Shown here in pieces: positions 50,343 through 59,816 of a stretch of 64,000 nucleotides of DNA. How positions within the stretch are numbered: position 1 is the stretch's first letter; each line of letters opens with the position of its first letter. Source of the stretch: an uncultured Candidatus Actinomarina sp. (GTDB lineage: Bacteria > Actinomycetota > Acidimicrobiia > Actinomarinales > Actinomarinaceae); assembly GCA_902634185.1 (NCBI GenBank), contig CACPJC010000001.1:1-64000 (forward strand). The letters run 5' to 3'. A model generated the notes under the pieces. The model was given only the letters and a program-made list of their open reading frames with translations, had not been told where the DNA came from and searched no databases. A program made the position numbers and the translations under genes.

Positions 50343-50915
50343 TTATTCTTTAAATGTCTCACTCAATAGCGTGAACATTTTCTCTGTTGCAATTTTCCTG
50401 TGACTGATCTTTGTCTTCTCCTCAAAACTTAGCTCAGCAAGAGTTTTACCATCTACTTCAAAAACTGGATCATAGCCAAATCCATTATCTCCTCTTGGTA
50501 ATGTCGTAATGGTACCTGGTAGAATTCCCTCAGTATCTAGACGATTGTTCCCATCAAAAAAATACAACACTGTTTGAAAAAAGGCATTTCTATTGTCTTC
50601 ATTTTCCAAATTATTAAGCAGTTTTTGAATATTGTCTTCGGCAGTTGCAGTTTCGCCTGCATATCTTGCTGTTTTTACTCCAGGCTCATTATTTAGAGCC
50701 TCTACAAATAATCCTGAGTCATCTGAGATAACAGGGACATTATGTTTTTCAAAAATCTCTTCTGATTTTTTCTGAGCATTACCAATGATCGTATCTCTAT
50801 CCTCGACAACATCTTCCAAACTATCATCGAAAATAATTTCAAAATCTGAATCTGAAAAGATTTCTTTGATTTCTTGGAATTTGTTTTTATTTTTACTGGC
50901 GAATAAAATTTTCAT
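50343..50915 (-). CDS. rdgB: dITP/XTP pyrophosphatase
   Basis: ASKNKNK, SDDSGL, PGVKTARY, GFGYDPVF, SHR. Confidence 0.96.
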   Translation of the reverse strand: MKILFASKNKNKFQEIKEIFSDSDFEIIFDDSLEDVVEDRDTIIGNAQKKSEEIFEKHNVPVISDDSGLFVEALNNEPGVKTARYAGETATAEDNIQKLLNNLENEDNRNAFFQTVLYFFDGNNRLDTEGILPGTITTLPRGDNGFGYDPVFEVDGKTLAELSFEEKTKISHRKIATEKMFTLLSETFKE

Positions 50916-51580
50916 ACATTTTTCTGTACGTCGAAAATTTTATTTACCTCATCTTTAGTCATCTCAAAAAGCTTGTCTAAGTCTTCCTTTGAGAATGGTT
51001 TCTGTTCAGCAGTTCCTTGAATTTCTAGAATTTCGAAATTGTCATTAAGAACCAAGTTTAAATCTACTTCAGCACTTGAATCTTTTTCATAATCCAGATC
51101 TGCGATGAACTCTCCATCGACAATCCCTACTGACAAAGCTGCAATCTGGTTCGTTAGTGGATTCTGGACTAATTTCTTTTGTTCAACGAGATTATTGAAT
51201 GTTTCATTAAGAGCGATCCAAGCACCATTAATTGAGGCAGTTCTTGTACCTCCATCAGCATCTAACACATCACAATCAACGGTTACTAAATAACCATTGA
51301 GTATTGCTAGGTCGCAAACTGATCTGAGTGACCTACCAATTAATCTTGAGATTTCTTTTGATCTTCCGCCTTCAAATGATTTCCTTGATATTCTCTGATC
51401 TGAAGATCCAGGCAACATATTGTATTCTGCTGTTAACCAACCCCTATCTGAGTTTTCAAGCCATCTTGGGACCTTATCCGCAATGGAAACTGTAATCAAA
51501 ACTTTTGTGTTACCAGACTCATAGAGCACTGAAGTGTTTTCTGAATTAATAAAATCTTTGGTTACTTTTATATCTCGCAT
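50912..51580 (-). CDS. rph: Ribonuclease PH
   Basis: GWLTAEYNMLP, EISRLIGRSLR, DGGTRTASING. Confidence 0.97.
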   Translation of the reverse strand: MRDIKVTKDFINSENTSVLYESGNTKVLITVSIADKVPRWLENSDRGWLTAEYNMLPGSSDQRISRKSFEGGRSKEISRLIGRSLRSVCDLAILNGYLVTVDCDVLDADGGTRTASINGAWIALNETFNNLVEQKKLVQNPLTNQIAALSVGIVDGEFIADLDYEKDSSAEVDLNLVLNDNFEILEIQGTAEQKPFSKEDLDKLFEMTKDEVNKIFDVQKNV

Positions 51581-51591
51581 AAATCTATTTC

Positions 51592-52242
51592 TTAAGGTGA
51601 TAGTCTAGTTATTTCCCATGAATTATCATTTTTAACATAAATAAAGCGATCATGGGTTCTGCTTCTTCTACCCTGCCAAAACTCCCAGAAACTAATATCA
51701 ATTGTATAGCCACCCCAATTGTCGGGTCTTGGAATATCTTTTCCTTCAAATTCTATTTCCAACTCTTTAATCCTATCTTCAACCGTTTCTCTTCCTTCAA
51801 TTTCAGTGCTTTGACTTGATGCAATAGCACTTAGTTGTGCTCCCCTCGGTCTTGAAGCAAAGTAGTTATCAGATACCTCATCGGATGTTTTAGAAACTAC
51901 GCCCTCAAGTCGAATTTGACGATGTAACTCAGGCCAAAAGAATAATCCTGAAATATTTGGATTGTTTTCCATTTCCCGACCCTTGCTACTTTCATAATCT
52001 GAGTAGAAAACAAGTTTGTTATCGACAATATCCTTAAATAGTACGTACCTTGATCTTGGTGTTCCCTCTTCGCTGATAGTAGATATCGCCATTGCATTTG
52101 CTTCATTAACCTCTGCGTCAATAGCAATTTGAAACCATACATTAAATTGCTCTAAAGGATTAGTATCTAGATCTTCGATATTTAATGGCTTGTCTTCGTA
52201 TTCAACCCTAATTTTTTTAACTTTGTCAGATATACTGTCCAT
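51592..52242 (-). CDS. pdxH: Pyridoxamine 5'-phosphate oxidase
   Basis: SRYVLFK, RQIRLEG, YFASRP, EFWQGR..RTHDR, RLSP. Confidence 0.96.
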   Translation of the reverse strand: MDSISDKVKKIRVEYEDKPLNIEDLDTNPLEQFNVWFQIAIDAEVNEANAMAISTISEEGTPRSRYVLFKDIVDNKLVFYSDYESSKGREMENNPNISGLFFWPELHRQIRLEGVVSKTSDEVSDNYFASRPRGAQLSAIASSQSTEIEGRETVEDRIKELEIEFEGKDIPRPDNWGGYTIDISFWEFWQGRRSRTHDRFIYVKNDNSWEITRLSP

Positions 52243-54504
52243 TTATTTTGATTTGATATAGTTCAAGGCAGAACCAGCAAAAAACCAAGCAATCTGATCC
52301 TCAGATAGAGAATGATTTGCTTTGATTGTCTCTGTTTCACCATTTTCTTTTTCGAGGATAATCTCAACAGGTGTGTCAACTGCAATGTCTTTCAGACTAC
52401 CGATAGTCATTTTGTCGAACTGTTCAATCTTTTCATAATCGTTTTTGTCTTCAAAGACTAGAGGTAAAATACCTTGCTTCTTTAAGTTTGCTTCATGTAT
52501 TCGTGCAAAACTTTTTACCAACACGACCTTACAGCCTCTAAATCTCGGCTCCATTGCTGCGTGCTCTCTTGATGAGCCCTCACCATAGTTTTCATCCCCA
52601 ACAGCTACCCAGCTAACATTCTTTTCGCTGTAATTCTTTGCTATGTTTGGTAATGTATCGACTTCCTTTGTGAGTATGTTTACACCATCACCTGCTTTTT
52701 CAGCAAATGCATTATTGACTCCATTGAACAAGTTTTGTGAAATATTTTCAAGATGACCTCGGAACTGTAACCATTTACCAGCAGGAGAAATATGGTCAGT
52801 TGTACATTTTCCTTCTGCCTTCATTAAGACGCTCATTGAAACATAGTCTTCTTCATTAGGTGGAAGAAATGGGGTAAGTTTTTGAAGTCTATTTGATTCT
52901 GGATCAATTATTACTTCAACATCATCGCCTGGTGTTGGTTGAATAAATCCCTCGAGTGTTTCTTCAAAGCCTTTATTAGGTAATTCATCTGCAACAGGTG
53001 GATTTAGTAAAATTTCTTCCCCATCTTGAGTAGTAAGAGTGTCACTTAAGAAGTTAAAATCTAATGTTCCGCCAAGTGCCAAACCTATAACTGATTCAGG
53101 TGAACCAATAAATGATAGTGTCTCTGCATTTCCATCATTTCTAGCAGGAAAGTTTCTATTAAACGATGAGACGATTGAGTTACTCTCTCCTTCTTTGATG
53201 TCATCTCTTTTCCATTGACCGATACAAGGACCGCATGCATTCGCAAGAACAGTAGCTCCAATCGATTCTAAATCTTTTAAGTATCCGTCACGTTCTATAG
53301 TTGCTCTGGTTTGTTCTGAGCCAGGAGTAACCATCAAAGGTACTTTTGCCTTAAGACCGTGCTTTGCAGCTTCTCTAGCAATAAAAGCAGCTCTACCAAT
53401 ATCCTCATATGATGAATTCGTACAAGATCCAATCAATGCACTTGAGATTTTTACAGGATACTCATTGTCATTTGCATCCTTTTTTAATCCAGAAATTGGT
53501 CTAGCTAAATCTGGCGTGTGTGGTCCAACAATATGAGGCTCTAGTTCATCTAAATTAATCTCTATTACTTGATTGAAAAATTCTTCTGGGTTTTCTAAAA
53601 CTTCATCATCAGCTGTGAGTAAATCCATTCTAGAGTCTGCTAATTCAGCTATTTCATCTCTGCCGGTAGCATTTAGATAAGCACTTCCCTTTTCATCATA
53701 TGGAAATATTGAGCAAGTTGCACCAATCTCAGCACCCATATTTGTTATAGTTGCTTTTCCAGTGGTTGAAATGGTTTTTGTACCCTCTCCAAAGTATTCA
53801 ACTATTGCATTCGTTGCACCTTTAACCGTCAAGATTTCTGCAACTTTTAAAATAATGTCTTTAGGAGATGACCAGCCGCTCAAAGAACCAGTTAGCTTTA
53901 CTCCAATTAAGCTAGGTATTTTTGTGTTGAAAGGCATACCAGCCATTACATCAACTGCATCTGCACCTCCTACACCAATTGCAATCATGGATAGGCCTCC
54001 AGCGTTTGGAGTATGACTATCCGTACCGATCATCATTCCTCCTGGAAATGCATATTGTTCTAAAACTACTTGATGGATGATTCCAGCCCCTGGTCCCCAA
54101 AAGCCTATTTCATATTTTTCGGAAGCAGTTCTAAGGAAGTCAAAAACCTCTTTATGTGTCTTGTTAGCTACTTGAAGATCACTAGCTGCTCCTTCATAAG
54201 CTTGAATTAAATGATCACAGTGGACAGTTGTTGGCACTGCTGTTTCTGGAAGGTCTGCTTGCATAAATTGTAAAAGAGCCATTTGTGCTGTTGCATCTTG
54301 CATTGCAACTCTATCGGGTGCAAAGTCTCCGTAGTCTTCGCCTTTATTTAGAGAAACAGAGTTGATATCTGTTGCATGTCCAAAGAGAAGTTTTTCAGCC
54401 AGAGTGAGAGGAGCATTTTTTCTCTCTCTTAATTTCTTAATATTCTCAGTTAGATTCTCATAAACTGAAGAAACTAAACTTGCTGGTGTTACTGATAAAT
54501 CCAT
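52243..54504 (-). CDS. Aconitate hydratase (compact, mitochondrial-like type)
   Basis: DRVAMQDATAQMA, DSHTPN, IGSCTNSS, ACGPCIG, TTDHISPAG, GSSREHAA; 753 aa. Confidence 0.93.
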   Translation of the reverse strand: MDLSVTPASLVSSVYENLTENIKKLRERKNAPLTLAEKLLFGHATDINSVSLNKGEDYGDFAPDRVAMQDATAQMALLQFMQADLPETAVPTTVHCDHLIQAYEGAASDLQVANKTHKEVFDFLRTASEKYEIGFWGPGAGIIHQVVLEQYAFPGGMMIGTDSHTPNAGGLSMIAIGVGGADAVDVMAGMPFNTKIPSLIGVKLTGSLSGWSSPKDIILKVAEILTVKGATNAIVEYFGEGTKTISTTGKATITNMGAEIGATCSIFPYDEKGSAYLNATGRDEIAELADSRMDLLTADDEVLENPEEFFNQVIEINLDELEPHIVGPHTPDLARPISGLKKDANDNEYPVKISSALIGSCTNSSYEDIGRAAFIAREAAKHGLKAKVPLMVTPGSEQTRATIERDGYLKDLESIGATVLANACGPCIGQWKRDDIKEGESNSIVSSFNRNFPARNDGNAETLSFIGSPESVIGLALGGTLDFNFLSDTLTTQDGEEILLNPPVADELPNKGFEETLEGFIQPTPGDDVEVIIDPESNRLQKLTPFLPPNEEDYVSMSVLMKAEGKCTTDHISPAGKWLQFRGHLENISQNLFNGVNNAFAEKAGDGVNILTKEVDTLPNIAKNYSEKNVSWVAVGDENYGEGSSREHAAMEPRFRGCKVVLVKSFARIHEANLKKQGILPLVFEDKNDYEKIEQFDKMTIGSLKDIAVDTPVEIILEKENGETETIKANHSLSEDQIAWFFAGSALNYIKSK

Positions 54505-54542
54505 CGTTTTAATTATATTCTCATATAGTTCTTACTAAAACC

Positions 54543-56000
54543 TTATCTGTACTCTGGACAAGTTATTTGATAATCACAATTTGAGCACCAATCACCAACA
54601 TTAAATGATGGTGATAGTGAATCATTAGGATTCCAATTAGCAATTCTCTGCGCTTTATCCTCGAATTTGTTGATGATTGAATCAAACTCACTTTCTCCAA
54701 ATTTTCTTTTCTTAAGTTTTCCACCATCTTTATTTGTATATATATGAAAGACGTAGACCTCATCCTCTTTGAGTAACAATTTTGCACCTAGTGCATATAA
54801 TTCAGCCTCTGTTAGGTCATCATTGCTTTCTTGTCCTGTTTTGAGTTCAATAACAAGACCTTTTCCTTTGTACCTTCCAACAAGATCAGCCTGGCCCATA
54901 AATGTTACTGCAACTTTATCTTCTCTTAACTCCATTTTTGAATTTGAGACTATTCCATCTTTTAATATCGAAAATCCAAGACCATACTCTGATAGTTTTA
55001 TTTCTAATTCGTTTTGATCTTCAACCTCATCATCTAAGGCTTGGATGAGTTCTTCATATTTTTTGAGTATCTGAGACGCAAATTTTTCCTCTTCATCTAC
55101 AAGCAGCTTTTTTAATCTCTCAATTTCTTTATCTCCAAAGATATCTTTATTTTTTTCAAGCATCTTTTGTGAATATGAGTGAAATTTTTGTCCAAGTTCA
55201 GCTTCAAATGATTCGTTTTCAATATCTTTTGGTATTGCATATTGCGCTCTCCAAGACGTCCATCGCTCACACGTCTCAAGATTTAACAAGTTTGACTTAC
55301 TAATTAAAATTCCTCTATTATTCGACTTTGCTTCTTGTCCATCAACTACAGGATATTGACCACACCTTGATGGTCGAGAACACATATAGCAATGGAGTCC
55401 AGGAGTTGCTTGTTTTCTATTTGTTTCAAATTCTTGAATAATATTGAAATAGTTATCAATAATTTCTTTTGAATTTTCTGGTTCCTTAATCTCATCAAAG
55501 TCATCGTGAATGAGTTGAGCTGTTAGAAATGTTTCACCCTCTAACTTAGTTTCTGCCACAATAGCCCTATCGATATCTTCAATATCAGACACTCCTGCCT
55601 TAAGCTTTATGTATTCAGTGTTGTCTTCATCTTCAAGTTGATACTGAAAGGATGTGTACATACCTTTCTCTTCACCATCAATCTCTTTGATGATTTCTTG
55701 TCTGTAAAAATCTATATTGACCTGAGGTAGTGGTTTGGGAACCAAACTTCTAAATCGCTCAAAAAGTTCAGACATTATTTTTTTTTGTAATGGGTCATAA
55801 AATTGAAAATTTTCTTCTGCAACCTTAATAGCAACCTCATCATCTGCTTCATTAAGTAACCAATCAGATATTGCGTTATTTATACCGCTCCATCGATCTA
55901 AGCGAGAATTTGGTGTGAGAGTTTTTGGACCAATAGATTGATGACACTCTGAAATTTTTTTAACATCGTGTGTTTTATAGAACTTAATGCCCTGGTTCAT
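54543..56000 (-). CDS. PD-(D/E)XK nuclease family protein (Cas4/AddB-like) with two tandem modules
   Basis: C-half: TCER, G..FH, GQADL, IELKTG, LYA, CSNCDYQITC; N-half ends in HCYMCSRPSRC. Confidence 0.8.
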   Translation of the reverse strand: MNQGIKFYKTHDVKKISECHQSIGPKTLTPNSRLDRWSGINNAISDWLLNEADDEVAIKVAEENFQFYDPLQKKIMSELFERFRSLVPKPLPQVNIDFYRQEIIKEIDGEEKGMYTSFQYQLEDEDNTEYIKLKAGVSDIEDIDRAIVAETKLEGETFLTAQLIHDDFDEIKEPENSKEIIDNYFNIIQEFETNRKQATPGLHCYMCSRPSRCGQYPVVDGQEAKSNNRGILISKSNLLNLETCERWTSWRAQYAIPKDIENESFEAELGQKFHSYSQKMLEKNKDIFGDKEIERLKKLLVDEEEKFASQILKKYEELIQALDDEVEDQNELEIKLSEYGLGFSILKDGIVSNSKMELREDKVAVTFMGQADLVGRYKGKGLVIELKTGQESNDDLTEAELYALGAKLLLKEDEVYVFHIYTNKDGGKLKKRKFGESEFDSIINKFEDKAQRIANWNPNDSLSPSFNVGDWCSNCDYQITCPEYR

Positions 56001-56043
56001 ACTCTAAAGATAATTGAAAGTTTCTTGAGATCATGTATTTCAA
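55953..56043. repeat. 91-bp direct repeat, copy 1 (promoter plus first 16 codons)
   Basis: 82/91 identical to 56371-56461 by manual alignment; 44-bp perfect core 55972-56015. Confidence 0.95.
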
Positions 56044-56103
56044 TATAATTGTCTGTTTTTACAGGATAGTTATTAAATGTAATTTGACGTGTAAAAAAGG
56101 CAA

Positions 56104-56418
56104 TTAGCAACAAACTTGAGAATCAGAATTCACTTCTTCTAAAATCTCAGCGTTAGGATAATAACCATCTGGATAGGTAGGACAAACAGCTTGAATTGAG
56201 CCATCTTCAAGTTTTAGTACCATACCATCTAATTTTTTATCATTCATATATGTAACAGCATCATTTTTTGACTCAAATGGTTTTGAACAACGCTCAACTA
56301 TCCAGTCTTTTGAATTTAATGATTCATTCATAGATTTTTTATTATACTGTCGTTTAAATTTAATATCCTTAATTTTTTTAACTTCATACGTTTTATAGAA
56401 CTTAATGCCCTGGTTCAT
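56104..56418 (-). CDS. Hypothetical protein sharing N-terminus MNQGIKFYKT with the adjacent nuclease
   Basis: 104-aa ORF; possible alternative internal start MNESLN. Confidence 0.65.
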   Translation of the reverse strand: MNQGIKFYKTYEVKKIKDIKFKRQYNKKSMNESLNSKDWIVERCSKPFESKNDAVTYMNDKKLDGMVLKLEDGSIQAVCPTYPDGYYPNAEILEEVNSDSQVCC

Positions 56419-56461
56419 ACTCTAAAGATAATTCAAATTTTCGTAAGAGCATGTATTTCAA
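56371..56461. repeat. 91-bp direct repeat, copy 2
   Basis: Perfect core 56390-56433; 418 bp from copy 1. Confidence 0.95.
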
Positions 56462-56468
56462 ACTTTAT

Positions 56469-56708
56469 TTAAATCATGTCTTGTATAGGGGGAATAATTA
56501 AAAATACACCATTTGTGTTTATTTTTTTAATTTTACATTTCTTACCAAGAGCAAGTCCTGTAACTACATCTATAATTCTCTGTCGATCTTCTTTCTTTGT
56601 AACTCCTCGTATATCAAGAGAAGTATTTTTTTCACCTATCTTTGAAGAATTTAATTTATAAATATCATCAATGGAGTTCATTATTAAAATTTCTAGTTCA
56701 TCATTCAT
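56469..56708 (-). CDS. SepF-like C-terminal domain protein
   Basis: RQRIIDVVTGLALG...IKKINTNGVFLIIP resembles the SepF core R..DF.SG......I.KV...VFLL.P. Confidence 0.65.
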   Translation of the reverse strand: MNDELEILIMNSIDDIYKLNSSKIGEKNTSLDIRGVTKKEDRQRIIDVVTGLALGKKCKIKKINTNGVFLIIPPIQDMI

Positions 56709-56770
56709 TATTGAATTATCTCACAAAATAAAAGTGAGCTTCATAGTGTAAAAATTTATATCAATAAAAT

Positions 56771-59209
56771 TTACTTTAAAGTTTCTATTTCATCCGGACA
56801 GAATTTTAAAGATTTTTGATTAGGAAGAGACAAGGTAATTGAGGATTTATCAACAAGTTCTTCAAATGTGGTTTTATTTTTTATTATGCCTACGGGATTA
56901 TCTGTATTAATAATTGTTTCAAGTGGTGTATATAAAAATTTTATGAGGGCTATCTCAAAATCTGTGAAGTTTACAGAATTATTTTTTGTTACGTTTTCTG
57001 TACTCATTAATCCACTTTTGATACATGATGAATGGTGCAGCCCTAGTGAGTGGCCTAGCTCATGAATTAAAACGTGATCTCTCTCCAAACCATATAGGTC
57101 AGCATCAATCCAAATGCTTTCCTCTATCAAGTTATAAAACCCTGTATAACCAGCACATGAGCCAGTCCCCCAAGCGTCACCATATGGTCTTCTGCTCAGA
57201 CATTCTCTAAGCTCAATAGGAATTGTTATTGCTTCACTGTTTGTTGAATAACTAAAGAAATCATAACCAATAATTTCGTTTATTACTCTGACGAACTCTT
57301 TTACAATTCTCTCATCTTTATCGGTAAAATCACCATCGAAACCGTACACAACAGGACTATCTTGCTTGAAAATGTCTCTATTTACATATCCGGAGTCTCG
57401 ACTGTATCCACCTGGATCGTATGTATGAGTTGAGCCAATTATAAGATCTTCAATGCTAAATTGTTTTACTAGTTCATCTGTGACTTCGGTTATATCCTCT
57501 TTGTAGTCATCGTGAATTATTGTATTTGGAAAAAACTCTTCTCTTTCTCTATTTTCCCAGTCACCCCAAATAAAGATATCCCAGAGATTTGCCCAACTAA
57601 TTGAGATTTCTGGCCAACCGTGAGCCCATCCTCTAACAACATATGGTTGGAATGAAAACGTTAATCCGTCATCATTTATCGATACAGCATTTAGATTTCT
57701 ATAACTCCAAGGCTGAGTTTTATCATCTTCTAAAGTGGGGATTTTTCCCTCATCTACTCTAAGAATATCTTCTAGCCTATTATCGAGTAATTCAAGCCAT
57801 AGTGGGTTATAACCATCTTTTTCAAAGCCTTGTTCATTTAAAAGCTTATCGGACATAATATCTTTGAGTTCAATTTTTGTACATGTAGAAAGATCATAAT
57901 TATAAGTTTTATAGAAATAGTCACCATGATTACCCCCTGTAAAAGTATGAATTTGGAAAATTACAGATATATAATTCATCCTTTCTTCAGGAACCATTCC
58001 ATATTCATATAAATAAAAACCATCCTCGGGTGGGTTGTTATGATGACCTAGATTTTTCCCATGGACTTCAAAAGAGGATTGACTACTGACTAAATAATTA
58101 AAAACAGAGTAAAAATCTGCCCATGTTGGGTGGTCCCAGGCGTTATCTGATATATCAAATCCAACAAGACGATAGTCGCCTGTTAAGCCTGAGGCCCAGT
58201 GGTCTCCCCACTCAAGATCATCATGAAAATTAAGAGTGGTTGATCGGGCATAGTCTTCAAATACAGTATTTATCTCTTCAAAACAGGATTCATACATGGA
58301 TGCATCGTCAATTGAGTTTTCGTATAGCTCGTTCCACACATTCAGATTCTCAATATTTAATACTGGATACCTAAATGTGTTATTCCAAGTTGTATTGGAA
58401 TCATAAGTCCCAACTTCACTTAAACAAAAAACGTCAGGCGTAAGTTCCTCTTCACCCTCTTCTTTTGAATATTCGTTCCAATCATCCACATGCCACTTTA
58501 AAATCCATTCATCTTCAAAACATTCCTCTGGAGAATCAAAATGTTGTTCCCAAATTAATCCAGATGGAGTCTTATACATTGTGATGTATCCATCTTCTAC
58601 CATTGGTGATCTAATGTGATCTCTTACGTAATCTCCTTCACCACTGATATTCATATTGAAAAGATTATTTTTACATGTAAATAAAGCCTCTTCGCCCTCG
58701 ACATCTTTTGCATATATTTCAATATTCAACATGTCTTTACCCTGTAGACCCTCTGCATAGGCATTGATTACAACTTCACCGTCCAATTTGTAACCAACAC
58801 CTTGATCTAATTCCATTCTTTTTTTGAGATTAATGTCTAAATCACCTGTGCTGTCGGTGAACTTGATATCAAATTTTTTAGGTCCATTTGGGAAAGAGTA
58901 TTGAATGACAAATTCATATGATTCATATAAACCAAGATTTTCATCACAAAGATTTAAATTAATGAGTGGTTTTTGATTTTCATCAAGAATAAACTCGTTT
59001 TGCTCTGCAGCAAGATCTGATAATTCGTTTATCATTTCATCTGCAAAATCTAAATCACTTTGTAATTGATAATTCTCTTCAATTAAATCTTCTATGATTT
59101 CATTTTCAAAAAGAGCAACTTGGACAATAAAAAAAATAAATAATGTGTAAAAAATAAATAATGATTTCCAAGAAGGTGGTCTTTTTAATGCATTAATAAA
59201 ACTATTCAT
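56771..59209 (-). CDS. Membrane-anchored protein with RsiV/DUF3298-like domain and C-terminal metzincin metalloprotease
   Basis: N-terminal TM; FTGGNHG..TYNYDL and DGLTFSFQPY...GWPEISISW; HELGHSLGLHH plus LM Met-turn. Confidence 0.75.
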   Translation of the reverse strand: MNSFINALKRPPSWKSLFIFYTLFIFFIVQVALFENEIIEDLIEENYQLQSDLDFADEMINELSDLAAEQNEFILDENQKPLINLNLCDENLGLYESYEFVIQYSFPNGPKKFDIKFTDSTGDLDINLKKRMELDQGVGYKLDGEVVINAYAEGLQGKDMLNIEIYAKDVEGEEALFTCKNNLFNMNISGEGDYVRDHIRSPMVEDGYITMYKTPSGLIWEQHFDSPEECFEDEWILKWHVDDWNEYSKEEGEEELTPDVFCLSEVGTYDSNTTWNNTFRYPVLNIENLNVWNELYENSIDDASMYESCFEEINTVFEDYARSTTLNFHDDLEWGDHWASGLTGDYRLVGFDISDNAWDHPTWADFYSVFNYLVSSQSSFEVHGKNLGHHNNPPEDGFYLYEYGMVPEERMNYISVIFQIHTFTGGNHGDYFYKTYNYDLSTCTKIELKDIMSDKLLNEQGFEKDGYNPLWLELLDNRLEDILRVDEGKIPTLEDDKTQPWSYRNLNAVSINDDGLTFSFQPYVVRGWAHGWPEISISWANLWDIFIWGDWENREREEFFPNTIIHDDYKEDITEVTDELVKQFSIEDLIIGSTHTYDPGGYSRDSGYVNRDIFKQDSPVVYGFDGDFTDKDERIVKEFVRVINEIIGYDFFSYSTNSEAITIPIELRECLSRRPYGDAWGTGSCAGYTGFYNLIEESIWIDADLYGLERDHVLIHELGHSLGLHHSSCIKSGLMSTENVTKNNSVNFTDFEIALIKFLYTPLETIINTDNPVGIIKNKTTFEELVDKSSITLSLPNQKSLKFCPDEIETLK

Positions 59210-59816
59210 TATTTACCCACCTAACAATCTCTTTTGCAAATTTTTGTCCACCTCTATGACTTGGTTCTATGGGGTTAGCATAATCTTCAGATGTGACAAA
59301 AATTTCTCTTAACTCAAGCACCTCTATGTTGTATTTGCTCCCGATCCTATAAATAGAGTCATTAAAAAATGAGACCATCGTTCTTGCTGATTCTGCAATA
59401 GAATCAAATTCCTCTGAACCAACTAAATCCCCTTCATATACTGTGCATAGAAGTGGAGTTGCCCTGTAGTCAGTTAGTTTCTGCACAATGGTCTCATAAT
59501 TATTATTTATCGGAAGTAACATTTGCCTTAATTGTTCAAGAACAAGGTTTGGCGAATACCTAAAATCCTGAGTCAAAAAGCTGATATTGTTAAGAAGATC
59601 ATTTCCACCAACAGACAATACTGTATGAGTATCCTCTTCAGATACATGTTTTAGCTGGCTACTTAAAACATGATCTGTGGTTGCTCCATCAAGTGCTATT
59701 TGTAAAAATTCATCATTAGAAATATGTTCTAAATGTTCCAGTACAGAGAGCTCATCAGATTCAACATAAACCTTATTGTCAATGATGGAATCGCCTAAGA
59801 GTGTAACTTTGTTCAT
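59202..59816 (-). CDS. SGNH/GDSL hydrolase
   Basis: LLGDSI, DGAT, SVGGND, DYANPIEPS..GG. Confidence 0.88.
   Translation of the reverse strand: MNKVTLLGDSIIDNKVYVESDELSVLEHLEHISNDEFLQIALDGATTDHVLSSQLKHVSEEDTHTVLSVGGNDLLNNISFLTQDFRYSPNLVLEQLRQMLLPINNNYETIVQKLTDYRATPLLCTVYEGDLVGSEEFDSIAESARTMVSFFNDSIYRIGSKYNIEVLELREIFVTSEDYANPIEPSHRGGQKFAKEIVRWVNNE

Noticed and set aside
54543-56461. CRISPR-Cas system (Cas4-like gene plus repeats)
   Set aside because: Only two 91-bp copies, 418 bp apart and overlapping start codons; no spacer array and no cas1/cas2
56709-56770. Additional NrtR box upstream of the SepF-like gene
   Set aside because: Closest match AAAAGT-GAGCTTC-ATAGTG lacks the AC half-site
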